A stretch of DNA of 60,000 bases from contig NC_058369.1 of assembly GCF_018350175.1 (NCBI RefSeq), positions 23,500,001-23,560,000 of the forward strand, read 5' to 3'. The notes beneath the pieces were generated by a model, which worked only from the letters and a program-made list of their open reading frames with translations, had not been told where the DNA came from and searched no databases. Of the stretch, positions 1-13,991 are shown piece by piece. The stretch comes from Felis catus. Taxonomy: Eukaryota. Each line of letters opens with the position of its first letter. Position 1 is the first letter of the stretch. The position numbers were made by a program, and so were the translations under genes.

Positions 1-2630
1 TGAACTCAGATATGCATATTAGTATTTAGTTGGATTAAGAACAACCCATAACCAAATGCTCCACTAACCAGGAGCCTGACATTCCTAACATCGTTGTAAT
101 TTGCTGCAAATGTCTCCTCCCCGGCACCGTCCTCCACACCAATTTTTATTGTCATGGTCTCTTGGTGGCAGGTCTTTGTGTTGTCACCTGAAATTAAGGA
201 CATTTTACCTAGATTCGAATTCAAAATAAAACTCATTTTGCAGCATGCTCAGATTCCTCTGATGTTCCAGAAGGGAGTATCTTTATTCCTTCCAGACAGT
301 TGAAGAGGCCACAAGTACATGTGATCGATCCCTTTCTTGCCCCATCCAGATGTTCTGCCTTACAGGATGTTCCTGGGTCTACAACACACCGGCCTGATTC
401 AGGAGCTCAGTGTGTGGAAGGGGTCAAAGGGCTCCTTTCATGGACCCACCGTCCCACCATTCCTTTTCACAATAAGCAGGCTGAGGATTGTGAGGGGGAT
501 AGAATGACTGAGGCTTTCTTTCTTGCTTGCTCACAGATGTGAATATCCATCCAGGCTTTCCTTTCTAAGCCCTCTACAGTCCGTCCTGGGGTGGGAGTAT
601 TTCTCGTAAAAGGACATTATTCTGAAATCTGTCCGTCTTCATGGTAAGTGGATTCTTGCATGTTCACAGTTGCGCTTATTTATAAGTAAATTTACATGTG
701 GTCATAAGAGCATTCTGAGACAGGGCGATTGCTCAAGGAGCCATTGCACTCACTCAGATGAATGGGAAAGGGGGCAATTTGGGCCTGGCTATTTCTTGGA
801 TACAGGAGCGCCTTGGTGCATTAGCCAGCTGTCCAGGTAGACGAATGATCTGAGGCTGGCTAGAACGAACCATCCTGGTGGCTGTGACCATATACAGGAT
901 TCACTGGGACAGTCCTATCCCAATTACCATCTGTGGACCAGTAGTATCAGCATCTACCGGGACTGGGTTACAGAGACTTTTTCCAGCCCATCCCAGACCC
1001 ACAGAATTAGTCCCTGGACACTGGGCCCAGGAATCTGTGTTTTAGCACTCGCTCCAGGTGTTTTTTTTGCTAAGACTTAGATGTGGGGGTCTTAGATGTG
1101 GGGTGTGCTGGACCCTCAAACTATAGTCAAAACCAAGCTTGCCTGTTGACCTGGTATTGTCATCCTGATGATAAGCTCTTTCACCTTCAGTCCACGTGTC
1201 CCGAAAACAACCATATCTGGATCCCAAGTTCACATCCTTTTTCAGCTCCTGATAGTCTCTCACAAGTTGTTGGGGTATTTTGAAATTACTAGTTTAAATA
1301 TAGGGCTAGAAAGGTGATATGGGGTTTAACATAGGTATGCTTGATGTTCAAAGACTAATGGCACCCACAAATGTGCTGGAAATGACTAATATTCAACCAA
1401 CAATCTTTTACATTTTGATAAGCTGTTTGAAAAACTCTTCCAACAGCCATCATCTCATTTTCTCTGCTTAAATACTTAGAGAAGAGTCAATCTCACATTA
1501 TTATTCCCATTCGATAAATAAGGACTCTGAGGCTCAGTAGACTAAGTTCTGAGAATCATACCTTTAATTTGAAAGTCTATCTGTGCTTTATCAAGTTTCA
1601 AAATATTTCTGGCAGAATACTTTGCAAAGGCCCACAGTCAGAAAGAAGGTCAATCTGCTGAATCAATCTGTCCCCTGGCATTCTATCAACTGAAATTTTC
1701 AACACCAGATGAAAGGCGGGGGGCGGGGGCGCAAACTCTACCCAGGCAACGGTGACGGAGGGGTACAATTCCTCATGTGCCAGAACTCTGCCTCTCCGGG
1801 CACCAGGACCACCATTCAGTCGGCAGATCACCCAATACCCAACGGAGCGCCAACCGTGTTTTGATTTTAATGACTCCTAAGCTGAAGATGTCCTAGTTAA
1901 ACTGAGACTGGGCAACCACTTAGCAGTTGGTTAATACTTAGACTATTTAGTCATTCGAAACAATGCAATTAAGGATGAATCATGGCTCAGTAACCTAAAC
2001 AAAATCAAATTAACAAATGGGTGGCACTCCTTTTGGTCTGGGAGGCTAATTCATAGCCTCCCACCTCAAAGTTCCCTGAATCTTGTGCAGATTTCCGGGC
2101 ATCCAGACTCTGAATTCCTTCTCATTTTAGCACAGACCCAATTGTTGTCCATGTGTGTACAGCTGACTAATAAAAGGAACGAGCATTTTGAAGGGGCTTG
2201 TTACATAGGATCTCTGGGCACTGACATCACAGGAAGTCTGTATGAGCACAGGCTTTCGGATCAGACATGCTACACTCTAAGTCCCAGCTCTACATCTTAA
2301 AGCTAAGTGACTATAGGCAAGTTACTTAATCAGTTTTCCTATCTCAAATATGGAAATAAGAATAGTGCCATATATTTGTGCATGTGAGATATATGTTTGT
2401 GTGTGTATGTGTGTGTGTGTGTGTGTATAGCCACACACACACACATACATATATATACTTTACCGTATCCAATAATTACTAATTTATTTAGCTTTTGAAA
2501 CAAGTCTATACTAGAATTAGATCTTAAACTCCAATTTTCCTCTTTATATAGACCTATAATGGTTAATATCTTTGAGATTCTGAAGATTTTAATGGGATCA
2601 TGCATACTTGGTGTGTGAGAGAATCCTACC

Positions 2631-2850
2631 ATTAAGAATTTTTTTAATGTTTATTTTTATTTTTGAGACAGAGTGAGACAGAGCATGAGTTGGGGAGGGG
2701 CAGAGAGCGAGGGAGACACAGAATCCGAAATAGGCTCCAGGCTCTGAGCTGCCAGCACAGAGCCTGATGCGGGGTTCAAACCCACAGACCGTGAGATCAT
2801 GACCTGAGCCGAAGCCGGACGCCCAACCGACTGAGCCACCCAGGCGCCCC
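2631..2850 (-). mobile_element. Can-SINE (SINEC_Fc family)
   Basis: Full consensus head, CT tract and A tail; TSD agaatcctacc at 2620-2630 and 2852-2862. Confidence 0.95.
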
Positions 2851-3017
2851 AAGAATCCTACCGTTTTTAGAAGTGGGTCCATGGAAGTGTAGCGACCTGC
2901 CCAAGGTTGCACCACTTGAGACAAAGATGTGGATGGGATCTGCTGCTGTCCACTGGTCAACTTCTCTTCCAGACACAGTGAAGCCAGTTTTCCTTGCCTG
3001 AAAGGTGAAATGTGTTC

Positions 3018-3211
3018 TTTTTTTAAGTTTATTTATTTATTTTGAGAGACAGAAACAGCACAAGCAGGAGAGGGGCAGACAGGGTGACAGAGGATCCCAA
3101 GCAAGCTCTGCACTATCAGCACAGAGCCTGACACTCCCACAAACCATGAGATCATGACCTGAGCTGAAATCAAGAGTTGGACGCTTAATTGACAGAGCCA
3201 CCCAGGTGCCC
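3018..3211 (-). mobile_element. Can-SINE
   Basis: Reverse complement of gggcacctgggtggctc...ctcaaaataaataaataaac. Confidence 0.9.
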
Positions 3212-3235
3212 TGGACTTATGTTCTCGTTAACAAC

Positions 3236-3768
3236 ACTGCTCAACAGAAATAGAATATTAGCCATGTAAATAATTTTAAATTTTCTAGTATTCATGTTTG
3301 AAAAAGTAAGACACAGACAAATTTAATTTCAATAATATATTCCATTTAATCTAATATATCCAAAATATTATCATCTCAACATGGAATCAACATACAAATT
3401 TATTAATGACATATTATACATTATTTCTTCTGTACTATGTCTTCAAAATCCAGGGTGTGTCTTATTCTTATCAATTCAGAGGCTAGGTTTTCATCAATCA
3501 TATTTGATCAGCATTTAGATTTCATGATATTTATGGGTGAAAAAAGATAGATTGCCATACCCAAGTGATGGCAAACATATTTAAAAGTTTTCCAGGGGCG
3601 CCTGGGCGGCTCAGCTGGTTAAGCATTGGACTTCAGTTCAGGTCGTGATCTCACTGCTCGTGGGTTCAAGCCCTGCATCAGGCTCCGTGCGGACACCTCA
3701 GGGCCCTGAGCCTGCTTGGGATTCTGTGTCGCCCTCTCTTCCTGCCCCTCCCTCGCGCATGCTCTGTC

Positions 3769-3809
<41 letters not shown>

Positions 3810-3980
3810 AATAAATAAACATTAAAAAAAAAGTTTTCCATTACCTGAGTTAAACATCCATTTTTAAACTAAAATTTTCTAAAATTAAATAAAATTCACA
3901 GTTCATCAGTAGCATTAGCTATATAGCCATTTCAAATGTTCATAGCCCCTTGCCCCTAATCTGTTGGATGATGCAGATCT
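3236..3980. mobile_element. hAT-Charlie DNA transposon remnant (MER3/MER33/Charlie1-like)
   Basis: aattttaaattttctagta and gccatttcaaatgttcatagcc terminal motifs. Confidence 0.7.
3595..3828 (+). mobile_element. Can-SINE nested in hAT element
   Basis: TSD aaaagttttcca at 3583-3594 and 3829-3840. Confidence 0.95.
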
Positions 3981-5000
3981 AGGCTCTTCTAGCCCTAAAA
4001 TTCTCAATCTTGAGAAACTTCATTGCCATCTCCCACATAAAGATGATATAAAAATTCTGACAGAGGGGGTAGGTGGCTGGCTTGCTTGGAGAGATAACAG
4101 ATGCACACTTGAGAGAACACCCAGAGATTCGAACGCACTTGCTTGGGTGAACTTGGGCAACAGCTTCACCTGTCTGACCCCCAGTTTGCTCGCACATGAA
4201 ATAGGGATTATGACACTTCCTTCATAAAGTTATCGGAATAGTACCACATGAGGGTTAGCGTAACGCACTGACTCCAGGCCAGGGATAGCAAGTGCAGAAT
4301 AAAACATAGTCTAAATCCTTCTTGAACAGGTAGCCCCGAATTTGACACACATACATCTTTCAAGAAGAGCTCATCTTTCTTAGCGGCAGCCCTGTATTTG
4401 CCCGATAGCCCTCTCATCGTGCCTCTGGGATCCTTGGAAAGATGCCACTGACATCCTGCAGTTAGAAGTGATTGCTGCCAGGTGATATAATGAGGTAGCA
4501 GGCTCTTTTTTCATGTCATCCTTTTTTGAACATGCTGTTCTGTTTCTTTTTCCTGGAACGCCCTTTCTGGTTTTCTCTTTTCTGCCTGGCAAATGCTTAC
4601 TCTTTTTCAGAACCTGGTTCAAGTGTCTCTGAGGGACTCTTGCAAACAGAATTATTCGATGCTTTCAATCATTCTCTACCGTTCTATGTTGAAAGCAACA
4701 ACAACTAAGAGGTTGGATGGTGTCAGCACTGGCTCCTTCTCAGGGAAGGTCATGGGTGGGCTGCTACAGAATCATTTACTTCAAAGAAAAATTCAATTTC
4801 TGAGCGGGGGGCAGTAGCTTAAAAATAATAATGATAATAAATGTTTGACACTTGACATGGATTATTTTGTCTACTCATAAGAACAACCCTATGAGAGAGA
4901 TACTGTGGTTCCCCTTCAGAAATGACGACCTGGCCGAGTCAACCTGATTTTAGAGCCCGCTCTTAGCCACCTTGCAGCATAGCGTTGCCATTTTGGAGAA

Positions 5001-5421
5001 TGTGGCAGATGTTCCTATTGCCTCCCCTAAATCCACTCTTCTTTTCCCATCAAAAGAGAACCCCGGATTTGTCTGAGGTGTCAGTGTGCCCTCAGATTCC
5101 CTTGCAGCTAAGGGTAGACATGTGCATATGGTTCCTAAGACAGAAACGTTTTTCTAGCCTGAAATTTGCACTTGTTGTGTGGAGGCATAGCAGCCGTCTT
5201 GTGGCCATGAAGTCAAGGACCATCCTCTAAGGATCACAGGAAGGGAAGCTAGAAGGAGCCAAGGTCTTTGAAACCCTGACCAGCTAGCTACACCACCCCC
5301 CAACTCCCTGGCAGGCTGGCTGTGTCCAGATTTCCCATTAGGTTATCAATATAAAATCTATTTGATGCAGCCACTGTAGTCAGATTTTAGCTACAAGCAG
5401 CCAAATGCAATCCTAGTTAAT
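5001..5421 (+). mobile_element. MaLR LTR (MLT1-type)
   Basis: gcagccgtcttgtggccatgaag and terminal gcagccaaatgcaatcctagttaat. Confidence 0.65.
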
Positions 5422-5466
5422 GGAGAAAATTTACAGCTGGCTGAGAAACTCAACAAACTACATTTG

Positions 5467-5581
5467 TTTGATTTGTTTTTAATTATTAAGTAAACTCTAC
5501 CCCCAACGTGGGGCTTGAACTCACAACCCCAAGATTAAGAGTCACTTGCTCTACTGACTGAGCCAGCCAGCCACCCCTTAG
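5467..5581 (-). mobile_element. Short old-type carnivore SINE
   Basis: tRNA-like head without CT tract; perfect 13-bp TSD caaactacatttg at 5454-5466 and 5582-5594. Confidence 0.9.
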
Positions 5582-5958
5582 CAAACTACATTTGATTCCT
5601 TCCTCTTCACAAACTGCTACTTGAACCTCTTCTAATTTGGCATTTGCTGCAGAACCTTATCTTTATCATTTCAACTGACTGGACAAGTTTCTTGTCCTCC
5701 TTCCACAAACTGGCTGTGTCATCCCCATGATATTTCCCAAGAAGGGATATTTTCTTGGCTGACTGGGATCATTCTTCCTGGACTATCTGCAGGTTTTCCC
5801 ATAAATAGCACAGAGATTCATCTGGCAAAACTAAAAATTCCATGGTCACGGTGACAAGGATTCCTGCCTTTCCTTCAGGCCCAAAGCCAAAAAGCATGGA
5901 AACCAAGAGTGAAGTTTTCAAAGCAATCAAATAGGCAACTAAAAGTGAAGTTGTAGGA

Positions 5959-6180
5959 CAGGGGTTGGTAAACTGCAACCTACAGGCCAAATTCGGCCCA
6001 CAACCTGCTTTTTTAAATAAAGTTTTACTGAAACACAGACATGCCCATTGGTTTGCATGTCGTCTTTACATGTCTCCATGTTATAATGGCAGAACTGAGC
6101 AGTATCCACAGAGACTGTATGTCTTGTAAAGCCTAAAACATTTAGTATCTAGACCTCCACAGAAAGTTTGCTGACCCCTC
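5959..6180. mobile_element. MER58A-like hAT MITE
   Basis: Terminal inverted repeats caggggttggtaaact / agtttgctgacccct; internal aaataaagttttactgaaacacag. Confidence 0.85.
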
Positions 6181-7269
6181 TCAGACAGCAATTAGCTATG
6201 GAAGAAAGACATAACAGAGACTGACTGGTAGTAATAAGAAGAAACAACAAGAGTTCTAGCCCCCCTTTATCCTGCTAAGCACAGTGCCAGTTAGAGCCCT
6301 GCCCTAGTTCTGAACGGCCCATTTGAACTATTCTGTGTGTGAGGATCCTGGGGCTCCCAGGAGGTTCAATAACTTCCCTGAGGTTACACCCCTGATTGAC
6401 AAAGCAAGAATTCCAACCTGATTCTGTCTGGATCTAAAGACTACAATTTTAATCATTAATCATTAATCATCACATGTATTTCATATTTCATAAGCATAAC
6501 ATCATATTTCTCCTCTCTGTTTAATTCAATCCCTAAATACTGAAATTAATGCAGAGGCATTTAAATTAAAAAAAAAAAAAGGCTACGTGGTAGAAGAAGA
6601 AAATCCACTTAACTCAGAAAGGTCCAGAATATGGAGATGAGGATATATGTCCTCTAAAAGGAGATAGGGGACCCCAAAATGGGCAGAATCAAGCACAGGT
6701 AAGAATGGAATCGCGGTGTTTCTCTAGTCAAACTGGGCTCCCATTCATGTCAGCCTACGTGGGTGGTCTGCCCAAATAGCTCTCCTTTCATCAGGGGGTA
6801 CAACACCAGGAACCCGCAACTGAGACAGGAACTGCCATCCAAGGGTGGTGCTGAGCTAGTGGGAAGCCTGTCAGGCTCTAAGTCACAGGCCCTGGTCTCC
6901 ACTCCTCCCCCTAGCTTTGTGCAAGTGATCAGGACTTCCCACTTGAAAAAAGAGAAGTGGATGACAGATGTTGAGACAGGATCTGTGCTGAGGCCTAGGG
7001 GTTCACAGCATATGTTTAGCCTGGGCAAGTTATACCATGGGAGAACACATATGGAAAGAGCTAGGTGTGTTTCAGGACTTAATGTGAGTCTAATGTGAGC
7101 CCAAGGTTGGAGGCAGCCACTGGAAAAGCTACTTTGGTCTTTGGTTACATTAACTGAAGCATGATATCCAGGATATGAGAGGTGATAGTTCCATTTAACC
7201 TACCTCAGGCAGAGTGAACCAGGTGCACTCTGTGGAAGACAGAGGTGGAGAATGGGGCACAGGGGTTCT

Positions 7270-7950
7270 AGAGACCAACAACTATACATCCACCTCAAAA
7301 TTTGGAGAGCCTACCATATGCAAGGCACAGGGGTCTTTATTGGATATGCAGATTATTTGCCTCTTGAATGTTAAATCTACAGACATTAAATCAATGATCA
7401 CACAAGCACCGAGTTAGGAAGCATGGGCTGTGCCATGAGGGGAAAGGATAAAGTGTTGAGGCGAGGTATAATAACAGGGCTCTTAAGTGAGATCGATTCT
7501 CTCAGAAGGCCTCCAAGAAAGTGACATTTAAACTGAGACCCAAGAGGTTAGTGGGAGACAGTGTCTCAACACACAGTGGAAGATCATTCCAGGATGAGGC
7601 GACAGTAAAGTAAAAGGTCCGGAAGTGGGAAAGAGCCATTTAAGGAACTGAGAGGCAAGTGTAATTGGAGCTTCCTAAATAAAAGGGATTGTTCAGTTTT
7701 CGGGTAGGAAGGGCACTTAGGTCAGTAAAGAGCCATCAAAGGGTTTTAAGCAGGGATGGGATAGGATACTTTTACATTTTCTGTTTGGGCTGCTGTTGGG
7801 ATGAGCAGCGGCACCACGATCAGAAGAGGTGAGGCTGGTTATGAGGCTACTGCAATAGTCCACCCTAAAGGGGATGGATGGAGCCATTGAAGAACGGCAG
7901 GAAGACCAGAGAATTGAACCCTGGAGAAATGAGGCTGAGTGCAGGATGCA
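7270..7950. mobile_element. L2 remnant
   Basis: aaagtgacatttaaactgagaccc and agggttttaagcaggg motifs. Confidence 0.6.
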
Positions 7951-8841
7951 GTACTTGAGCTTATATATTCAACTAGCTCGCATGAGAAAGAGTCCTGCCA
8001 AAGAAAGAATAAGTCCCTCAATCTTGCCAAAGAAGGAGTAAGTAGCAGTGGCTAGAAGCTGATTGAGAAAGAGGTTGCCACGCAGCATAAAGAACTTCCA
8101 GGCAGGCCTCAGCCTGGATGCTGCTTTCCAAAGCATAGTATAGAACAGGGCTTCCAAAATCCTACTCTGTGGCCTTTTAGATCCAAGAAATAGTCTGTGA
8201 GAAATTAGTTCTGTAGTTGGTGAGAGGAGACATGACACATACACAGTACCCTCAGAGAGTCGCCTTGGACCTGATCATATTCATTAACAGTGCTGAGAAG
8301 TGCTGCTGTTAAGAAACTGAATTAGCAAAATTTAAACTACCATTTCCCAAAACTTATCTGGCCCTGACACTTTATTTTGAACCAGTGGTCCATGGAGCAC
8401 ACTTTGGGAAACACTGCTATAGAGAATTCACACATAACTTTGAGAGTGAATTCCGAAATTTCTTCTAAGTCTATAATCTGACATTCTTTCTTAGACTTGA
8501 CGTCATTCATGCAGTTCCCTTTTATAAAGCAGATATTTCTGATGGGACAGGAGTTCCTGTGTAGATGATCATCATGCATGTAAAGAATGTTAGGATATAG
8601 ATGTGGATTTACGTCTTAACTGCCCCACTTACTAACTGACGGATCTTGAGTCATCTCTTTGAACTCCATGAATGTCAGTTTCCTCATTTGTAAAATGACC
8701 AAATATTAGTACCAACCGCAAAAGCTGCAGGAAGGATTAAGCAAAATCCCACATGTAAAGGGTAGTGAGCACTTGATAAACAGAACCCTGGGATCTTCAG
8801 CAGGAATGGCCCTGGGTGTTACAATGACCCAACGAACAGGC

Positions 8842-9030
8842 CAGTGGTTCACAAAGTTCTAGTTGCATCAGCATCACCAGAAAGCCTTGCTTGCAACACA
8901 GATCGTCATGGAGTCTTACCCAAGAGTATCTGATTCAGTAAGTCTGATGAGGAGGTCTGAGAATTTGTATTTCTAACAAATTCCCAGATGATGTCAATGC
9001 CGCTGGTCCAGGAAACACGCTTAGGAAACA
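8842..9030. mobile_element. MER5A-like hAT MITE
   Basis: cagtggttcacaaag...gaatttgtatttctaacaaattcccagatgatg; a similar remnant lies at ~925-1075. Confidence 0.75.
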
Positions 9031-10620
9031 AACCAGCCAACTAAGTTGGTGTTCAAAGTATCCCCAATTTTTCTCCACTTGGCAGACAGGATGAGGCTTA
9101 ATTTGCAGGTTGCTAATGAGACAATCCCAAAATTACCTTATTCTTATGCAAATTCCTTCTTGGGGCCAAAACTTGGCTCTGAAAGGAAGCCCCCTTCCCC
9201 ACCCTGCAGATGGGTTAGAGTAGGGGTTAGGAAGACAGGAGACATAGGAAGTAGAAATACATTCCAGAGGGGAAAGGATCCTACAAGCCCACACCTCTTG
9301 AGGATCCTTTGGTATAGACGCTCTGATTCAAAGACCATTTCCCATTTATCCTCCATGCCTGGTTTTGCTCCTGGAGAAGCAATTAAACTTTAGTTTCATT
9401 TTCAACCATTTTTCACCCAGTTGGGAGCCTCTCTGGAGGATTTGTCTCCTCACTGGAAGCTCCTAAAAAGACAAGTCCATTTTTTTGGCTTGTCTCCACT
9501 GTTCTTGGGAGTTTATACATTGATTAAAGACCAAAACACACATTATTCTCATATTCAAAGTACTTTTGCAAGTTCTGACACTTTTCCTGGTACCATGTTG
9601 AAGACATAGGCCGAGTAGGAGATGATCTGAGGAGGAACAATATTTATGAACTATGATATTTTATAAACACCTGGCATTTATATAAACATGGGAACTGGGA
9701 TTTTTAATAAGGCAACCTTTCCAAGTTTGGCATTCAAATAGAAAACATGCTTATTGTGTTCTTCCTGCATGTGAGGAATCTTGTTGAAAGTACCTGGCAC
9801 CTAGACAGTATTTTTGTAAACAGTGATTTTAGTCTATGGTGAATCCTAAATTAGACACCGCTTACGTGCTATTGCAATATTTACTAATTCCCCCCAGTTT
9901 ATTTTCATTTAAGGAGCGACAGGAGGGATTTCAACTTTATGATGTTAAGTTGCCTTGAAGGACTTTGCTAGGACAGTTGTAATGTTGAGCCCAGAAGAGT
10001 TAGGGACAAGGTGCAGTGCAAACTGCTGAGGGCTGGCCCCTGGCCCTGGCATACCCTTTCCTCACCCCCTATCCCGCCCTCCAGCCCCCACAGGGACCCT
10101 GGAGCTTCCAACAAAATGCTAGTATTTTCATTTCAAATACTGATTTTGGTTTTCTGGGAGGCCTCATGTAAAAGAGCTTCTACTCCTAAGTCTGTTGAGT
10201 AGAGGAGGTGGAACACTATCTTGTTTGAGGTCAAAAAGATCACCAAAGAAAACTGCTTTCAGAAAACGTGATTTTTCTATTGTTACAGGCAAAGATGCCC
10301 CTCACTCCTCAGAATCATGGAAAATTCAGGAAGACACCAGTATATGAAAGCTGTGTCACAGGACGCTGGTTTCTTCTATGCAAACCATCTTTATTTAAAA
10401 TCAGAATATTAGTGTCCATTTACCAAGAACTTATTATATACCAGGAACTGGGCTCGTCACTTAACATTTTATTTAATCTTTACATTAGCCATAAAAGTGT
10501 TGTGTTATTATCTGCATTTTACTTACCAGGAAAATTTAAGACCAGAGAAGTTCCTGCCCAGGAACACTCACAACATAAGGAATAAGTGGGAAATCTAGAT
10601 CTCATCCAAATCCTGCATTC

Positions 10621-10834
10621 TTTAAAAATATATATTTTTTTAATGTTTATTTATTTTTGAGAGACAGAGACAGAGAGAGACAGAGTGTGAGCAGGGGAGG
10701 GACAGAGAGGGAGGGAGACACAAAATCTGAAGCAGGCTCTGGGCTCTGAGCTGTCAGCACAGAGCCCTACATGGGGCTCGAACTCACAAACCACAAGATC
10801 ATGACCTGAGCCAACTGAGCCAGCCAGGTGCTCC
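10621..10834 (-). mobile_element. Can-SINE
   Basis: TSD tcctgcattc at 10611-10620 and 10835-10844; small internal deletion in the head. Confidence 0.95.
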
Positions 10835-12649
10835 TCCTGCATTCGTGACCACCAGGAGTATTGCCACATAATGCCTGTGAGGTTGGTATCATTAGCACCT
10901 TTTTCCACGTATGAGGAAACTAGTTTCACGAGGGTCACCTGTCTTACCCAAAGTCACAGAGCTCCTAAGCAGCACAAGGAATCAAACCAATCTGCATTAA
11001 TCTACTGCATCTTCTTTTGACCATTATGATATATTTCCACCCCAGCTACAAATATATATTTTGTAGAATTATAAGTTTCTATTTTTCTTGTTTTCATTCT
11101 GTGTCACCTTAATGAAATCCCCAATAATTTTAAAAAGTATTTTTCTTCAATATGTATAGGACATGAGGTGGAAAGGTACATATATTACCCTCCAGAGCCT
11201 GATCTCAAAGCCCACCGTCACCACCTACTAACTGAATATAAAAACCCGGGCAAGCTGTTTGGGGTCTCCAGCTTAGTTTCATCTAGGAAGTGAGTGGTGG
11301 TTGTGGTAGGGGTTGCTCAGAGACAATACCTTCCTAGTGGACCTCTAGAGACCATGAAATGGATGCTGTGCCCAGCATGCCGTGGAAGCTCAGAGAATGT
11401 TAATTTCTTCTCTTCGCATTTTCCACTTGGTTTCTCCTTCTTCCCTCACCATCTTCTTGTATGCTCCTAAATCATGGCTGGAGTTTTCATAAATGGCTTT
11501 GCCCCCATTCTTTAGGAACTGCTTCTTTTCTAAGTGCTGAAGTTCCCGGGAGATACACAATTCTGTAGTTAGGCACACTCATTAAGACTCATCCATGTGA
11601 GTCATGGATTTTCTCTCTAGGACCCATGCATGGTGAGTTCATTTCAACATCTTTTTAATCCCATGTCACTAACAACAGTAGAATCAATAAAACCCACGTG
11701 TGATGGGAAACCACAAATCTATTTACCTGTTTGAATCAGGCAAGCACCTACCCTGTTGGCTCTGTCATTAAACTTCTGGGAAAACACTCTGCACACCTGG
11801 AAATATGAACTGGAAATCTCATCATGAAAGATATTTCTGATAAATCCCAGGCTTCACCACATTGTGATTCTCAGGAAATTTTGACCTTGCTTTGCTTGGG
11901 TCTGGACTAGAGTCAAAAGCATCTCTTAAATGAAACATCATTTTCAGAAGGGCTAAAAATGTGGGGCCATTCGTTTTGATTGCCACTGGATCCTTTTCAT
12001 TCTGCTCAGCCTCTTTATCCCCAGCATTAAAAAAAAATAATAAAAAAATCACCATTTAATTGACTTGAGGCCAAGTTGGTTGACTACAGGAAAAAAAAAG
12101 TGTATGAAATAAGAGGTTACAGTCATTGAGAGCTTTAAAAGAGTGTAGACAGTAAAAAAAGAAAAAAAATGGCCGGGAAATTGTACTTGCCTTTTTTTTT
12201 TTTTAAAAAAAGACAGGACTGAATACATTTTCCAGGCTCTTGAGTTTAATTAAAGTCAAAGGAACATCTCAAAGGCAAGTGAAAAAAACAGAGCAGGCAA
12301 GACATTGAGGTGACTAGGATAAGAAACTGTGTAGAATGTTATGGAAAGAAAAAAACTGAAAGCAAGAAAAGGAAAGGAAAGAAGATGGAAGGGGAGAGGA
12401 AGAGGGCAGCAAGGGCAGGGGGAGGGGAGGAGTGGGGGAGGGGAGGACAGGGAAGAAAGGGAAATGTGGATTTGCCAAACCCCATCAGATGACATGAACT
12501 CATTTTCTATCGGCAATATTCACGGCTCTCCTTTAGGCGCAGGTACTCTCCTCAATCTCCAGCTGGGTCACAGAAGCCGGATGTTACATGTCTCCCCTAA
12601 GAACACGCACTGGCAAATGACAGAGCAAGACCAAACCATTTCAGATTCC

Positions 12650-12712
12650 AATCTATCTAATCTTTCTAATCTATCTAATCTTTCTAATCTTTCTAATCTA
12701 TCTAATCTATCC
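12650..12712. repeat. 9-bp tandem repeat (AATCTWTCT)x7
   Basis: Directly visible. Confidence 0.95.
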
Positions 12713-13750
12713 ATCACCTTGGGTTACCATCTATGCATTTCAATTTTTAGTGGTGGTGAAAGAGGTTAAAAATAACTTTATTGCTAATTCTTCCTAGAAG
12801 GGCAAGGCATGTTCACTGTAGAGAAATCAAGTAATACAGACTTCGGTGCCAATGTGATAACAATAGAGCTCACACGGATTGTGCTCTAACATCGTGCCGG
12901 GTCTGGGCCACAGGTCTTGGAGGGGTTATCTTGGTTCATCTTTACAGCTCCATGGAGTAGATACAGTCACTCGGGACCTCCTTTTACACATGAGGACATA
13001 GAGGGAGGCTGACCAAGCTAAGTAACATGCATGAGGTGGCTCCACTTGAGAAAGGGTAGCTAAGATAAGAAGCCACAGGTGTGACCAAGTCATTGCCCCG
13101 TCCCAAGCAGTCCTACCTGAATGTCATCAGGAGAACTCAGAGAATTTTTGACAGCTATTTTTGTAAATAGATATTGACTGGCTAAGTATTTTCATGCACA
13201 CTTTGTTTTCTCTTTTTATTTGCTCTCGTCCTCATTGATACTATCTATGAAACTATGGTTTTAATGTGCTCGTTTCAGATTTTCTAATACACGTGAAAGA
13301 AAACACATCAAAGTAAGTGCAAAGTGGTAAAATAAAATAAAAAGATTAATTAGTTGACCACCTACAATAAATTTTTTAACGTTTTGCTGGTGGTAAAAAT
13401 ATCGTCCTCCATCAAGCTCAGAGACAACCACTGAACGAAGTAGAAAAAGGTTGGATCATACCCAACACTTCTGGGTGGGGAAGAAAGAGGCAGGACTAGA
13501 ATGCAGAGCTCAGGGCTCTCACTGCAGACTTTTCCCTGTGTGCCATTAGCCTCTCTCCCGTGTCATGTGTGTTCCCTAGAGTCTCGAGGTTACAGCTGGG
13601 AGCTTCAGAAAACTTCAACATACAGCTGATCCTGTATTTATGATATTTTGTTCATCATGGATGTTTTGAATTAATAGTGATTTTCTCTTTTAAAAAATAT
13701 TGCATTAGAACATTATGATGACTGAGTTTCTTAACATGTTATCATATATA

Positions 13751-13885
13751 GGGGCGCCTGGGTGCCTTAGTCGGTTAAACATCTGACTCTTAGTTTTGGC
13801 TCCGGTCATGATCTCATGGTTCGTGAACTCGAGTCCCGTGATGGGCTCTGCACTGATGGTACAGAACCTGCCCGGGATTCATTCA

Positions 13886-13936
<51 letters not shown>

Positions 13937-13991
13937 TTTCTCTCTCTCCCCTCCTGCACAAAATTAATAAATTTAAAAAATAAAAAATAAA
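13751..13991 (+). mobile_element. Can-SINE
   Basis: ggggcgcctgggtg head, (CT)n tract and A tail. Confidence 0.9.

Noticed and set aside
2598..2960. Recurrent ORFs containing AQVMIS...AQSLEP (also near 25.0, 43.9, 50.9 and 59.8 kb)
   Set aside because: Translations of Can-SINE copies.
5467..5581. Possible tRNA gene
   Set aside because: tRNA-derived SINE head with A-rich tail and TSD; no full cloverleaf.
12650..12712. Tandem repeat as CRISPR-like array
   Set aside because: 9-bp units with no spacers, in mammalian DNA.
12341..12769. 142-aa ORF with (SNL)n repeats
   Set aside because: Produced by a purine-rich low-complexity tract and a 9-bp tandem repeat.
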